Source of the DNA: an uncultured Rubripirellula sp.
Lineage (GTDB): Bacteria > Planctomycetota > Planctomycetia > Pirellulales > Pirellulaceae
Length of the DNA stretch: 64,000 nt
Assembly: GCA_938085445.1 (NCBI GenBank)
Contig: CALKGR010000001.1
Span: 96,001-160,000, forward strand
Direction: 5' to 3'
In this document: one piece after another, positions 50,800-61,363 of the stretch
Layout: every line of letters begins with the position of its first letter
How positions within the stretch are numbered: the first letter of the stretch is position 1
Notes under the pieces: model-generated
Databases searched by the model: none
What the model saw: only the letters and a program-made list of their open reading frames with translations
Told to the model about the DNA's origin: nothing
Translations under genes and position numbers: made by a program

Positions 50800-50881
50800 A
50801 TAGAAAGTTGAACAAACACATACCCAATTTTTTTCGTGTTCCAGCTACTTTGCAGAACGACTTTGACCTTAGATTTAACCA

Positions 50882-51490
50882 ATGACATTCACGAGTCACG
50901 TTATCGTTCTGCTGGCGAAGCTTTTCAGTGGATTCACTGTACGTTGGGTTGATTGCCAGCCGGATACCTGCCAACGCATCTACTTCGCCAATCACACAAG
51001 CCATCTCGATGCCGTAGTGCTGTGGTCTGCATTACCCCGTGAACTCCGAAGAATCACACGTCCTGTTGCCGCCAAGGACTACTGGACGAAAGGTTGGCTG
51101 AAGCCCCACATGGCAGAAAGCTTCAATGCTCTACTTGTGGATCGCAAGGAGATCAAAGTCCACAAGAGCCCCATCGATATCATGCTTCAGCAAATGGGTG
51201 ATGTGTATTCCCTCATCATGTTCCCCGAGGGTGGAAGATCTGCTGGAGATGATGAGATGGGGAAATTCAAGAGTGGCCTGTTCTACATGGCAAAGAAACG
51301 GCCCGACCTGGAATTGGTACCCGTATACATCGACAATGTAAATCGAATTTTGCCCCGGGGAGAAGTTCTGCCGGTTCCCTTGCTCAGTTGCATCACCATC
51401 GGTTCGCCAATCTTCTTGGAAACGGGTGAGCCGAAGAATGATTTCCTTGCGCGAGCCCGCCAAGCTGTTCAGCAATTGAAAGAGTGCTGA
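50882..51490 (+). CDS. Lysophospholipid/1-acyl-glycerol-3-phosphate acyltransferase family
   Basis: ANHTSHLD (HxxxxD), FPEGGRS, FKSG, LVPVYI. Confidence 0.9.
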   Translation: MTFTSHVIVLLAKLFSGFTVRWVDCQPDTCQRIYFANHTSHLDAVVLWSALPRELRRITRPVAAKDYWTKGWLKPHMAESFNALLVDRKEIKVHKSPIDIMLQQMGDVYSLIMFPEGGRSAGDDEMGKFKSGLFYMAKKRPDLELVPVYIDNVNRILPRGEVLPVPLLSCITIGSPIFLETGEPKNDFLARARQAVQQLKEC

Positions 51491-52084
51491 TCAAACGAAA
51501 TGAGACTGTTGCGTTTAGATCTACTGTAAGAGGTCCTAAAGTTTCAAGTCCCGCGGTAGAAGCCACAATAGGCTGTCTTCGCTAAATGCAACGCGACTGT
51601 CTGATTGCAAGCTCTCAGGCTCAACCGTGAAAATGACATGGTGGTCAGAAGCTGTTTCAGTCGGAATGCAATATCACAACCCACAGCGTAAAATGATGAG
51701 TTGTCCGTCAAATTGCCGGTCATCTTTACTGCAATCAGAAATCATCAGATTCAGACGAGCAACGTCAACTAGAAAAACCTGATCGATAATTGGCCATATG
51801 CCATGCCCTATCTTACTATCTGAATCGCAAACGATGCCTTGACTAGTTATTGGAACGCAGGTGGTGAAAAAGAACCAAGCAATGGACCATTCAAGATTGA
51901 GTTAACCGGATCATTCAGCAGCAAAGTTATCCAACAGGCGTCCGACCCGACGCCAACAGCGTGTCAAGCAGCGTTAACGTTTTCCAAGGTCTGGTGAAGC
52001 AACATCTGACTCATCACATTGCACACAAGCAATGGGTTTCGGAGATTGGAGCAAATCATTGAGTCACAATTCGAACAACCTAGT

Positions 52085-55000
52085 TCATTCAACCTCATCG
52101 CCACCGCGTTGACTCGACTTCAGACTCACAAGATAGGCCACCAAGTCCCTCAGTTCACGTTTGGACATCAGCTTTGTCAAATCTGCTGGCATGGATGAAA
52201 TTCCCTTGCGGCGCGCTACGATTTCATCCAGCAAAATGCGAACTTGCCCCCCATCATTCTGAATCAGCTCGACAAAATCCTCATTCTCAGATTTTACAAT
52301 GCCAGTGAAAACCTGACCAAGGTCATTGGCGATGACAGCTGTTTCGAAGTTCTTGGCGATTTGAGCATCAGGCAAACAGATGGACTCCAACAAATATCTT
52401 CGATCTTTTTGCCCTCCGATTCGGGTGAGTTCTGGTCCCACTGCCCCTCCCGCCCGGTCAATTTTGTGGCAACGCAGACACGACAGTTTCGTATTTTCAA
52501 AGAAACTCACACGACCTTTCTCCACGTCTCCCCCATCCAATGCCACCAGCCATGGTGCTAATGGATCCTGCTCTGACGACATTTGGACGAATTCATCCAT
52601 AGCAGATTGCAACTCGCGCCCTACCTTTCCATCCGCGGCTTCAACCACATTCAGTTGAACATCTTGCGGGAGAGTACCCTCCAGATAAGATCTGACGCCC
52701 TCTTCAATGGTCATCACAGCATCAGGACCATCACATTCAGCCAAAATATCCCATGCCAACTGCCTCACTTGCAGATTCCGGCTCTCAGTCGCCTCAATGA
52801 AACGTGGCAGCGAACCTTCTGAATCGTGTTGTGCGAGCACCTTCAATGCTTCGGGCAGCAACTTGGTAACGGGCTTCAGTTTAACTTGCCGAGCCAAACC
52901 AACGGCACTCTTCGGATTCAAACGATTCAGAGCAGCCAAAGCAACCGCACGTGCTGCGGGTGAAAGATCTGCATTTGTAATCCGATTAACCAAGACCGGG
53001 GCAATTCCTGAAATCCCTAGTATTGAAGCGACCTCGATCGCCTTTTCACGAACTGACTCTGGCGCTGTGATCAGGGAATCAAGATGAGGCTCCAAAGCTT
53101 TCTTTGCTGCCAAAGCTTCACGATCCGGAAGGGGGCGGTACGCATTCAGAACACGATCACGTGGGTCTGGTTGTGCCCATTGCCCCAGCATATCCAATGC
53201 CTCCATCCGCATTTCTGGAATCGCTGATTCCCGGCTTGCAAAAGCAGCCAATTTTGCTGCTGAATTAGCTGTTCCAATGCGGTAGTTGGCATTCAATATC
53301 CGACGCAGCAACTCCTTTGAGCCATCCACAACACCGACCATGTCTGCCAACGTATTCATGGCCGATGGGATCGGTTTATCATGAATAGCCCTCGCCGCCT
53401 CCAACACGACCAAACTACTTTCATCATTGAGAAACAATGAGGTTTCCTTCATTTTCAACCGCCTCAATGCCACTACAGCAGCACGGCGGACTGGTTCACT
53501 CGGGTGCTTGCGCAAATCTGCGATTTTCAGCGGATCGCCAAGACTGACAAAATACATCACTCCCGCATGCCGCAACGCAGCATCGTTGTTCTCCGCCGAC
53601 ACCAACCGTTGAACAACTTGCTGAAATGCATCAGCATCTTCCAACTGCGTGAGAGCCAATATGGAAAAATATTGGACACGTGGTGAGGGATCACTCAATA
53701 ACGCTCGCAGACGTACGACTGCTCCGGAATCCAGACGCTCACCTGCAACCTTGGCTGCAGCAGCTCTCAAAACATCATCTCCGTCCTGAAGTAGCGGGCG
53801 CAACTTTTTCAATGATGCATCGCGAGCCTCCAGATCCTTCCTGAAAATCTGATCAGCACCCCACAGGGCGTGTAAACGCCCGACCGGATCGACATCCGCA
53901 TTGGTCGCCAAAGCGAGCAAAGTATCCAGTTCATGCCGTCGAGCCAATTCCCACTGCGCCTCAAAGCGGATGCGGCGATCAACATGAGAAAGATAATCAG
54001 TAAGTGCTTCAATGGTATGTCTGGCCCAATCGGATCCGAGCAACCGCTGCACTTCTTTCACAATCGGCGTGTCACGGTGACGTGGATCCGTAACACGGTA
54101 CATCCGTCCCTTGCCCAATCCGTCCCAACCATCAACCCAATCGCTGATGTAAAGAGCTCCATCGGGCCCAAACGCGACATCTGTCGCCAACACCGACCAA
54201 ATGGGATCACTATCACTGGCAAGGCGATAGCAGGCACCTTTCGGCTCCAGCGTAAAACTACGAATCCCACTATTCACCGGACCTCCGCGAAAATCGCAAA
54301 TGAAAAAATTATCTTTCAGTGCATCACCGAATCCGGTACCCGGATAAAAAGCCAGACCACTTGGCCCATCAGTCAAGTTCACAATGGGAGGAACGATATG
54401 CGCTGGTTGTTCCTTATGAAGCGGTTCCCAAATCCGGTCCTGATTGAAGGGGCCTCGATCAGGTAAATACTGATAGTGCATACGCCAGCCTGAATCACCA
54501 CCTTCCAAGATATGCACCACACGAGCCTGATCTCCACTATCACTGTTGTTGTCAACAGAAAACAAATCACCAACGTCATTAAACGCAAGTTCCTGTGGGT
54601 TTCGAAGGCCAGTGGCAAAAACCTCAAGCCCTGATCCGTCCAACTCACAACGAAATACAGCTCCTGATTCAGGGTCAGCTAATACCCGACCGTCATCGGT
54701 GGTAACGTGGTATCCACGATCGCCGATACTGAAATACAAACGACCATCAGGTCCTAAAACGAGACCATGCATATCATGACCGCGGAATGCGACACGCACG
54801 CCATAGCCGTCTGACAAAACGACTTTCTCGTCCGCAACACCGTTATCATCCTGATCGACCAACTTCCAAAGCTTTGGAATGCATGTGTAGTAGACATCCG
54901 ATCCTCGAACCAGGACTCCTGCACCGGTGCCCTCTTCAATCCGATTGAATCCTTTCGCCAGGACATAACTGCTATCAGCCTTTCCATCACCATCGGTATC

Positions 55001-55456
55001 CTCGAGGCGACGTATCCGGTCGTCATGTTGTGCGTAGGTGACCGCGGCATCACCCAACAGCCGTTTGTGATAATCAATACGATCTTGCACCGTCTGCGCA
55101 GCCAAGTCAGCTTTCACCCACTCATCATCGTGGGCACGATTATCAGTCACTCCCTGATTTTGACGGAACGTCTCACAAGCATAGACACGACCAAGGTTAT
55201 CGATATCAAACGCAACGACGTTCGCAATATCAGGCTCCGCTGCATACAACTGAATGTCCCAATCGGTTGGGATTCGAATCCCTGCCATTGAATCAACACC
55301 TTCTGAAGACGCCTCCGCGACTTCCGGCTCAAGAGGCTCAGGCTGTCTGAATTCTTCGGCCTGGCCGACCCAACAAACGCCAAGCATCACCACACACACA
55401 ACCGTCAGAATGAAGGTCGATTTTGTATCCCGCAAAATTCTTACTGCTATTTTCAT
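52085..55456 (-). CDS. PVC-type haem-binding CxxCH protein (dehydrogenase-like beta-propeller, HEAT repeats, cytochrome c)
   Basis: GPDGRLYFSIGD, GLRNPQEL, HEAT-like repeats, CLRCH...GPELT, SSMP. Confidence 0.9.
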   Translation of the reverse strand: MKIAVRILRDTKSTFILTVVCVVMLGVCWVGQAEEFRQPEPLEPEVAEASSEGVDSMAGIRIPTDWDIQLYAAEPDIANVVAFDIDNLGRVYACETFRQNQGVTDNRAHDDEWVKADLAAQTVQDRIDYHKRLLGDAAVTYAQHDDRIRRLEDTDGDGKADSSYVLAKGFNRIEEGTGAGVLVRGSDVYYTCIPKLWKLVDQDDNGVADEKVVLSDGYGVRVAFRGHDMHGLVLGPDGRLYFSIGDRGYHVTTDDGRVLADPESGAVFRCELDGSGLEVFATGLRNPQELAFNDVGDLFSVDNNSDSGDQARVVHILEGGDSGWRMHYQYLPDRGPFNQDRIWEPLHKEQPAHIVPPIVNLTDGPSGLAFYPGTGFGDALKDNFFICDFRGGPVNSGIRSFTLEPKGACYRLASDSDPIWSVLATDVAFGPDGALYISDWVDGWDGLGKGRMYRVTDPRHRDTPIVKEVQRLLGSDWARHTIEALTDYLSHVDRRIRFEAQWELARRHELDTLLALATNADVDPVGRLHALWGADQIFRKDLEARDASLKKLRPLLQDGDDVLRAAAAKVAGERLDSGAVVRLRALLSDPSPRVQYFSILALTQLEDADAFQQVVQRLVSAENNDAALRHAGVMYFVSLGDPLKIADLRKHPSEPVRRAAVVALRRLKMKETSLFLNDESSLVVLEAARAIHDKPIPSAMNTLADMVGVVDGSKELLRRILNANYRIGTANSAAKLAAFASRESAIPEMRMEALDMLGQWAQPDPRDRVLNAYRPLPDREALAAKKALEPHLDSLITAPESVREKAIEVASILGISGIAPVLVNRITNADLSPAARAVALAALNRLNPKSAVGLARQVKLKPVTKLLPEALKVLAQHDSEGSLPRFIEATESRNLQVRQLAWDILAECDGPDAVMTIEEGVRSYLEGTLPQDVQLNVVEAADGKVGRELQSAMDEFVQMSSEQDPLAPWLVALDGGDVEKGRVSFFENTKLSCLRCHKIDRAGGAVGPELTRIGGQKDRRYLLESICLPDAQIAKNFETAVIANDLGQVFTGIVKSENEDFVELIQNDGGQVRILLDEIVARRKGISSMPADLTKLMSKRELRDLVAYLVSLKSSQRGGDEVE

Positions 55457-55845
55457 CTGTTATTCGAGTGTTATTCCAAGTTGCACGTCTTGATTTGAAC
55501 GGACCCACCGGCCCATTTGGTTCGAGAACCCATAGGTTTCGCAGTCGACTAAAAAATCGACACCTGCACGACACACCAGCAAGGTGCAGGCCCACGCAAG
55601 AACTTAGCCACCTGTCGCCTTGCAGCGGTTGTTGGTGCGAGGGCTTTTGCGCAGGGGCATAACCACACGATTTAAACTAAAATCGGTTAAGATAGGTCGG
55701 CACCGTACTGCCAGAATAAACTGTAGGCAGCCTTGGTGGCAATGATAAATCTGACATCCAACTAGGCTCATTCGAATCTGCTTCGCCTCTGAAAACTTCT
55801 TGCACCATGATCCTTCTTTCATAATCACAGGCAAACACTTCACTG

Positions 55846-56322
55846 ATGGACAATTCGCCGCAACCAAGCACGCCGCAACCAAGGCCGGACGAAGACCACC
55901 CAAACCCGTCTCTGACCAATCCGGTGCAGGAACCAAGTCCTGTTGGCAACAAAGTCAACGAGAACATTGATGATGTTGCTCCAGTCATGGCTCGGCTTGT
56001 CGATGACACACCCGACCGAGTTGGTTCACCATTCGCTGCTGCCCCAAGTGGAAAAAAACGACACTTGCCAACCCCAGTTGCATTGCACGACCTAGGGCCG
56101 CTCCAGTACACAGCCATGGGCGGGGTTGTAGCGGCTGCCATGCTGCTAGGATTCGCAATCATGGCTTTATCGTGGTTTCCAATCGGTGGGTGCATCATTG
56201 CGGCACTTGGATGCGTTACCGCAATCCTAGGACTTCATTCCAAATTCAAACGCATCACAACAGGACTGTTGGTAACACACGGATGTCTATTCATCGCGTG
56301 CTTCATTTTGGCAAACACATGA
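55846..56322 (+). CDS. Hypothetical membrane protein (3 C-terminal TM)
   Basis: Pro-rich N-terminus then three hydrophobic helices; stop overlaps the next ATG. Confidence 0.7.
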   Translation: MDNSPQPSTPQPRPDEDHPNPSLTNPVQEPSPVGNKVNENIDDVAPVMARLVDDTPDRVGSPFAAAPSGKKRHLPTPVALHDLGPLQYTAMGGVVAAAMLLGFAIMALSWFPIGGCIIAALGCVTAILGLHSKFKRITTGLLVTHGCLFIACFILANT

Positions 56323-58298
56323 TCTCCTACTTCGTACAATCAAAGTCGCTCTTGTTCATCGCCTCCTCCGTCTGGTTGATGTTCTCACTGGTATACAGAA
56401 CGACTTTATCTGGTGAGCCTGCATTAACTGAGGCAAACCAGCAAGTTACAGCACAGAACAAACCGAATGACCATCTTCTGAAAATCCTCAGCTACAATAT
56501 TCACCACGCTGCAGGAACAGATGGAAAACTGGACCTCCGCCGCATTGCAGAAGTGATTCGGTCAGTGAATCCCGATCTTGTGTCTCTTCAGGAAGTTGAT
56601 CAACGAGTGCGTCGAAGCAATTCCATTGATCAACCCTCGGAGCTGGGCAAACTCACAGGCATGAGAGTCCTGTTCGCTGAGAACATTCCTTTACAAGGTG
56701 GATCTTATGGCAATTCGATCTTAAGCCGACTTGAGATCGAATCAAAGAACCATTCCTTTCTTCCCAACCACAACAAGGGTGAACAGCGAGGTTTGCTAAC
56801 CTCAACAGTTCGTTGGCAAATCGCGGGAAAACAAAAAAACATACTCAACTTCACGGCTACTCATTTCGACCATCGCCCTAATGACTCCGAACGCATCGCA
56901 TCAGCTCTCCAGGTCAATGGTCTAGCGATTGCTGATCCCGATACACCCAGTATCATCGCAGGCGACTTTAACGACGTCCGTGGTAGCAACACACTGGAAA
57001 CGCTACAAAAAAAATGGACCATCGCGGGTCCAAAACTGCCCACCGTTCCTGTGACACAACCAACACGACAAATTGACTTCATCCTGTATAGACCGCGAAA
57101 TCGATGGACAGTCATCAAGACCGAGGTCCTGCAGGAATCAGTTGCTTCCGACCATAGAGCAATTCTGTCAGTGTTACAGCTCAATGTTCCGCCCAAGCCT
57201 GCAATCAAAGCCCCAGCAGGAACAGGAAAAACGAACACGGACAAGAGCAATGGTGACCTAACAGAAAAGAGACACGATCAAGAGCGTAATGAACTACTTC
57301 GATCCACAGGTGTCGACGGCCATACACGCAAGGCTACCACTGTAACCGAATGGGCATCAAGGAAAAAATCGATACTCACTGCAATGCATTCTGTAATGGG
57401 ACAGTTACCAAAAGTTGCACCGCGCAATACTCCTGCAATGGAATTAATCGAGGAGGTTGACTGTGGAAATTATGTACGGCGAAGGATTATGTATCAGTCG
57501 CAAGCAGGCAACAAAACGCCCGCATTTCTGTGTATCCCAAAAGCGGCATTCAAACGAGATGCAAAACCTTTACCGGCTGTTCTTTGTCTTCACCCGACGG
57601 ACGACAATGTTGGCAATGGAGTAGTCGTTGGCCTCGGTGGAAAACCAAATCGACAATACGCAAGTGAACTGGCGTCCCGTGGCTATATCACCCTTGCCCC
57701 TGCATACCCTCTGCTGGCGAACTACCAACCGGACGTAAAAGGACTGGGCTGGAAGAGCGGAACTCTTCTCGCTGTGTGGGACAACATGCGTGGGATCGAC
57801 CTTCTCTGCTCGTTACCTTATGTCAGGCAGAATGCAATCGGTGCGATCGGGCATTCTCTAGGTGGGCACAATGCACTCTACACTGCTGCCTTTGATGAGC
57901 GGATCGCGGCCGTAGTTTCCAGCTGCGGTTTTGATTCATATCAGGATTACTACGGTGGTGACCAAACAAAATGGCTTCCGGGAAAGGGTTGGACTCAGCT
58001 GCGTTATATGCCTGATCTCGCTAATTACCGGGGAAAGCTAAACGAAATCCCATTCGACTTTGACGAAATCCTGGCAACCATTGCACCACGTCCAGTCCTC
58101 GTTGTAGCTCCATTGCATGACTCGAATTTCCAAGCTGCCAGTGTACGCCGTTTGATTTTAAATGCGGGACCTGTGTATGCCCTGCATGGAGCAGAGAACC
58201 GCTTGAATCTTCTGCAGCCTGACTGCGCGCACGACTTCCCAAATCCGATGAGGATCAAAGCCTATCAATTATTTGATCAGGTTTTGAAACGCCCCTGA
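56319..58298 (+). CDS. Endonuclease/exonuclease/phosphatase domain fused to an alpha/beta (dienelactone-hydrolase-like) hydrolase
   Basis: SYNIH, LQEVD, THFD, AGDFN, IDFI, SDH; then GHSLGG and C-terminal HDF. ATGA overlap at 56319. Confidence 0.85.
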   Translation: MISYFVQSKSLLFIASSVWLMFSLVYRTTLSGEPALTEANQQVTAQNKPNDHLLKILSYNIHHAAGTDGKLDLRRIAEVIRSVNPDLVSLQEVDQRVRRSNSIDQPSELGKLTGMRVLFAENIPLQGGSYGNSILSRLEIESKNHSFLPNHNKGEQRGLLTSTVRWQIAGKQKNILNFTATHFDHRPNDSERIASALQVNGLAIADPDTPSIIAGDFNDVRGSNTLETLQKKWTIAGPKLPTVPVTQPTRQIDFILYRPRNRWTVIKTEVLQESVASDHRAILSVLQLNVPPKPAIKAPAGTGKTNTDKSNGDLTEKRHDQERNELLRSTGVDGHTRKATTVTEWASRKKSILTAMHSVMGQLPKVAPRNTPAMELIEEVDCGNYVRRRIMYQSQAGNKTPAFLCIPKAAFKRDAKPLPAVLCLHPTDDNVGNGVVVGLGGKPNRQYASELASRGYITLAPAYPLLANYQPDVKGLGWKSGTLLAVWDNMRGIDLLCSLPYVRQNAIGAIGHSLGGHNALYTAAFDERIAAVVSSCGFDSYQDYYGGDQTKWLPGKGWTQLRYMPDLANYRGKLNEIPFDFDEILATIAPRPVLVVAPLHDSNFQAASVRRLILNAGPVYALHGAENRLNLLQPDCAHDFPNPMRIKAYQLFDQVLKRP

Positions 58299-58503
58299 TG
58301 GATTCCGTCACCAACAAACAGAACATCGGGCAACGTCCATCGGAAGCACATCATCGTCCCGCCAGACTGGACTTGGGAAACAGACCACGCTGAAATTCTA
58401 AATTTACTTGCCGTTACATCATTGGGACTCGTAATCAGCAATACAAACAACGAGAATAGTTCTGATAAGCCCCCCTGATATTCAATCCATAACTCACAAA
58501 AAG

Positions 58504-59952
58504 ATGAACTCCATGACTGCTTTGAATCGTCGCAACTTCCTAGCCAGCACTCTTGTAACCGGCCTCACAAGCAGCCTCACAGCCAACAGATTAAGAGCAG
58601 CGAATGCGAACGACGAAGTGAATCTGGGTTTTATCAGTTGCGGAGGGCGTGCTGGTCAACTGATGGGACAATTCAGCAAAGTCGATGGCATCAATATCGC
58701 TGGGCTATGCGATGTGGATGAGAAACGGCTTGGATTAGCCAAACAGAAATACCCGAAGGCGCAGGGCTGGACGGACCTTCGTGACCTGATCGCCTCAGAT
58801 TCCATTGATGTGGTTGTCGTAGCAACCTGTAATCACTGGCATTGTCTGGCGGCAATATGGGCGATGCAAGCCGGAAAAGATGTCTATGTTGAGAAGCCCT
58901 TGTCGCATAGCCAATGGGAAGGGCGGCAGACAGTTGCCGCAGCACGAAAATACAATCGAATTTGCCAAATTGGTACTCAGCAACGTTCGGATCCCATGCA
59001 AGCCGAGATCAAGAAATTCTTGCATGAAGACAAAACACTGGGTGAAATCAACGCCACGCGTGTCAATCGCTACGGAGTTCGCCCTTCAATCGGCAAACGT
59101 GACAAGCCTCTGGCCGTGGACAAAAATATTGCTTACGACCTTTGGCTTGGACCAGCTCAGGATGAACCGATCTTCCGCGAAAAATTGCACTACGACTGGC
59201 ATTGGGATTGGAACACGGGGTCCGGTGAAATGGGTAACTGGGGCGTGCATGTCTTAGATGATGTCCGCAACAATGTATTCCAAGATTCGGTGGCACTGCC
59301 AAAGCGAATTCTGGGTGGAGGTGGTCGCGTCGCGCTCAACGACGCGGGGCAAACACCTAATGTACACTTTGCTTTCTTTGATACAGGTTCAATTCCTGTT
59401 GTCATCGGGCTTTCGAATTTGCCATCCATGCCAAAAGGTAAGAAGAGCCCATCACATCCGGGACCAAGCAGTGGATACGTCGTCTATTGCGAAGGCGGGC
59501 GTTACGAGGGACAACGGGGACGTGGAGCTGCTTACGACTCTGCAGGTAAAAAAATCAAAGAGTTTAGAGGCGGTGGAGATGTTCGGCATCAAGCGAACTT
59601 CATCGAGGCTGTACTCAAGCGAGATTCTTCGATCTTGAATGCGGACATTGGCGTAGGAAATGACAGCACAGGATGGTGCAATCTGGCAAACGTTGCTTTC
59701 CGCACTGGAAAAAATCTTGACAGAGAGGCCACCAACGGAATCGAGCTGGAACAATGGATCACTTTGATGGGTGAAATGGATGAACACCTCGAATCCCATC
59801 AACTGTCTCGTGTGAGCGAAGAGATACGTGTCAGTCCAATGCTGGAACTGGATACGAAGACCGAACAATTCGTGGGATCTGGCTCAAAAGATGCAAACCA
59901 GTATCTCAATCGAGAATATCGAAAAGGTTATGAAGTGCCTGAGCTTGGCTGA
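58504..59952 (+). CDS. Tat-exported Gfo/Idh/MocA oxidoreductase
   Basis: NRRNFL, AGKDVYVEKP, QIGTQQRS, YDLWLGPA, GNWGVH.LD. Confidence 0.92.
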   Translation: MNSMTALNRRNFLASTLVTGLTSSLTANRLRAANANDEVNLGFISCGGRAGQLMGQFSKVDGINIAGLCDVDEKRLGLAKQKYPKAQGWTDLRDLIASDSIDVVVVATCNHWHCLAAIWAMQAGKDVYVEKPLSHSQWEGRQTVAAARKYNRICQIGTQQRSDPMQAEIKKFLHEDKTLGEINATRVNRYGVRPSIGKRDKPLAVDKNIAYDLWLGPAQDEPIFREKLHYDWHWDWNTGSGEMGNWGVHVLDDVRNNVFQDSVALPKRILGGGGRVALNDAGQTPNVHFAFFDTGSIPVVIGLSNLPSMPKGKKSPSHPGPSSGYVVYCEGGRYEGQRGRGAAYDSAGKKIKEFRGGGDVRHQANFIEAVLKRDSSILNADIGVGNDSTGWCNLANVAFRTGKNLDREATNGIELEQWITLMGEMDEHLESHQLSRVSEEIRVSPMLELDTKTEQFVGSGSKDANQYLNREYRKGYEVPELG

Positions 59953-60046
59953 ATTCCCAGCAGCAAGATTCGCTATGACAAAGTGGTAACCAACTGACAC
60001 CGCTGGCTTCGGCTACGAAGCGAAGGTTGCTGGTAGGCGATATGAT

Positions 60047-60916
60047 CTATGATTCGAATTTTTTGCGGGGCCCAGCAACATAAAGAGCTTCACCCGTAAA
60101 ACGCGTCTGAAATTCTTCGTCACTCCAAGTTGTCTTGCCCACGGCTGGGTCACCAATCACCCAGTCGCCGATTTCGTTACGTCCAAACACAACCACTGCG
60201 TGCCGATCCCCGCGAGATGTAAAAAATCGGCTTGGAAACGCGTCGCTTGATTCGCCGAAACGAACAATTGCCAAATTGGGAAGCTGTCCGGCAGGCAACC
60301 AGACATCAGTATTCGAAGATGCCAGACAAATTTTGTGGAAAGCAGAATTCGAGTACATTCTGACTCCCCGATACAATCCCAAAGACTCTGTACCGTGATC
60401 ACTCGTTGAACACACGCGAACAAGATCCCGTTCTTCAGCAACAATACCAGCACCCCGTAATAAAGTGACAGCCGCTGCCGGGGCGCAGGTAGAGCTATGA
60501 CTCTGAAGACAAATTCCATCATCCCACTGAGTTTCTTCACTCAACTGGACCGGCAAAAAGGCGGGGCGGAGCAATGGTAGTACAGTGTAGCCTAGAGCCA
60601 TTCCCACCAGACTGATCGCGGCTATGGACCGCGAGTAGGATCGCAAACCGGAACTGCAGGCTGCCAAACCTGCAGTAAAACAAAGACAAGGAGCTATAAG
60701 AGTTGACCAGAGCAGAACATCAGGAAGCGGCAGCAAATCAATCCAGTGAAGCCCACCCGTGAGAATCCATGACAAAGCCATAGCGAAACACAGAGCACAG
60801 GCAAGAAAGAACGGACTGGATGTAGTCCGCGTTGACCGCAACCCCCAGCCCATGGCGTAAGCAAGCACCGACAATGCTATCGTGCAGACAAGACCGGAAA
60901 TCAAATACGCAGCCAC
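60047..60916 (-). CDS. Membrane-anchored C39-like cysteine peptidase
   Basis: Four N-terminal TM segments; QSHSSTCAPAA (Gln, Cys), HAVVV (His), IGDP (Asp). Confidence 0.8.
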   Translation of the reverse strand: MAAYLISGLVCTIALSVLAYAMGWGLRSTRTTSSPFFLACALCFAMALSWILTGGLHWIDLLPLPDVLLWSTLIAPCLCFTAGLAACSSGLRSYSRSIAAISLVGMALGYTVLPLLRPAFLPVQLSEETQWDDGICLQSHSSTCAPAAAVTLLRGAGIVAEERDLVRVCSTSDHGTESLGLYRGVRMYSNSAFHKICLASSNTDVWLPAGQLPNLAIVRFGESSDAFPSRFFTSRGDRHAVVVFGRNEIGDWVIGDPAVGKTTWSDEEFQTRFTGEALYVAGPRKKFES

Positions 60917-61169
60917 CGCAGCACCTCTTTCAGAAACATATGAATGTTAAGAAAAGATTAGCAACAAGTTGAAATTTCAACAATATTTATGTTATCGGTT
61001 GCTTGCAGTATTCCAATATCTTCATATTCCGAAAAACTTAGCACTTCTGGATGCCCCACATTCTGGAAGCGTATGTGAACCCCGGTGCCAGCATAAATGC
61101 GTACCGTTGTTTCAAGTGCTACAAACCACGAAATCCCTGAATTCGCTAGCGGATTCTACATCGAAGTGA

Positions 61170-61310
61170 TCACTCTGCTGAAAAGCGATGTACGGTAACT
61201 TCATGCAGTCGCTCACCAGGCTTCAACAAGGTTGTTGGAAACGAATCACGGTTGGGTGCGTTAGGGTAATGTTGGGTTTCAAGACAAAATGCTTCATGAC
61301 CTCCATTACC
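61170..61310 (-). pseudogene. galM: Orphan 3' fragment of an aldose 1-epimerase gene
   Basis: Encodes GNGGHEAFCLETQHYPNAPNRDSFPTTLLKPGERLHEVTVHRFSAE*. Manual alignment gives 40/46 aa and ~79% nt identity to 62528-62668. Confidence 0.9.
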
Positions 61311-61363
61311 ACATGACGGTATAGGAAAAGGGGAATGGAAAAAGCGTTGTCCACTCCTCGGAC

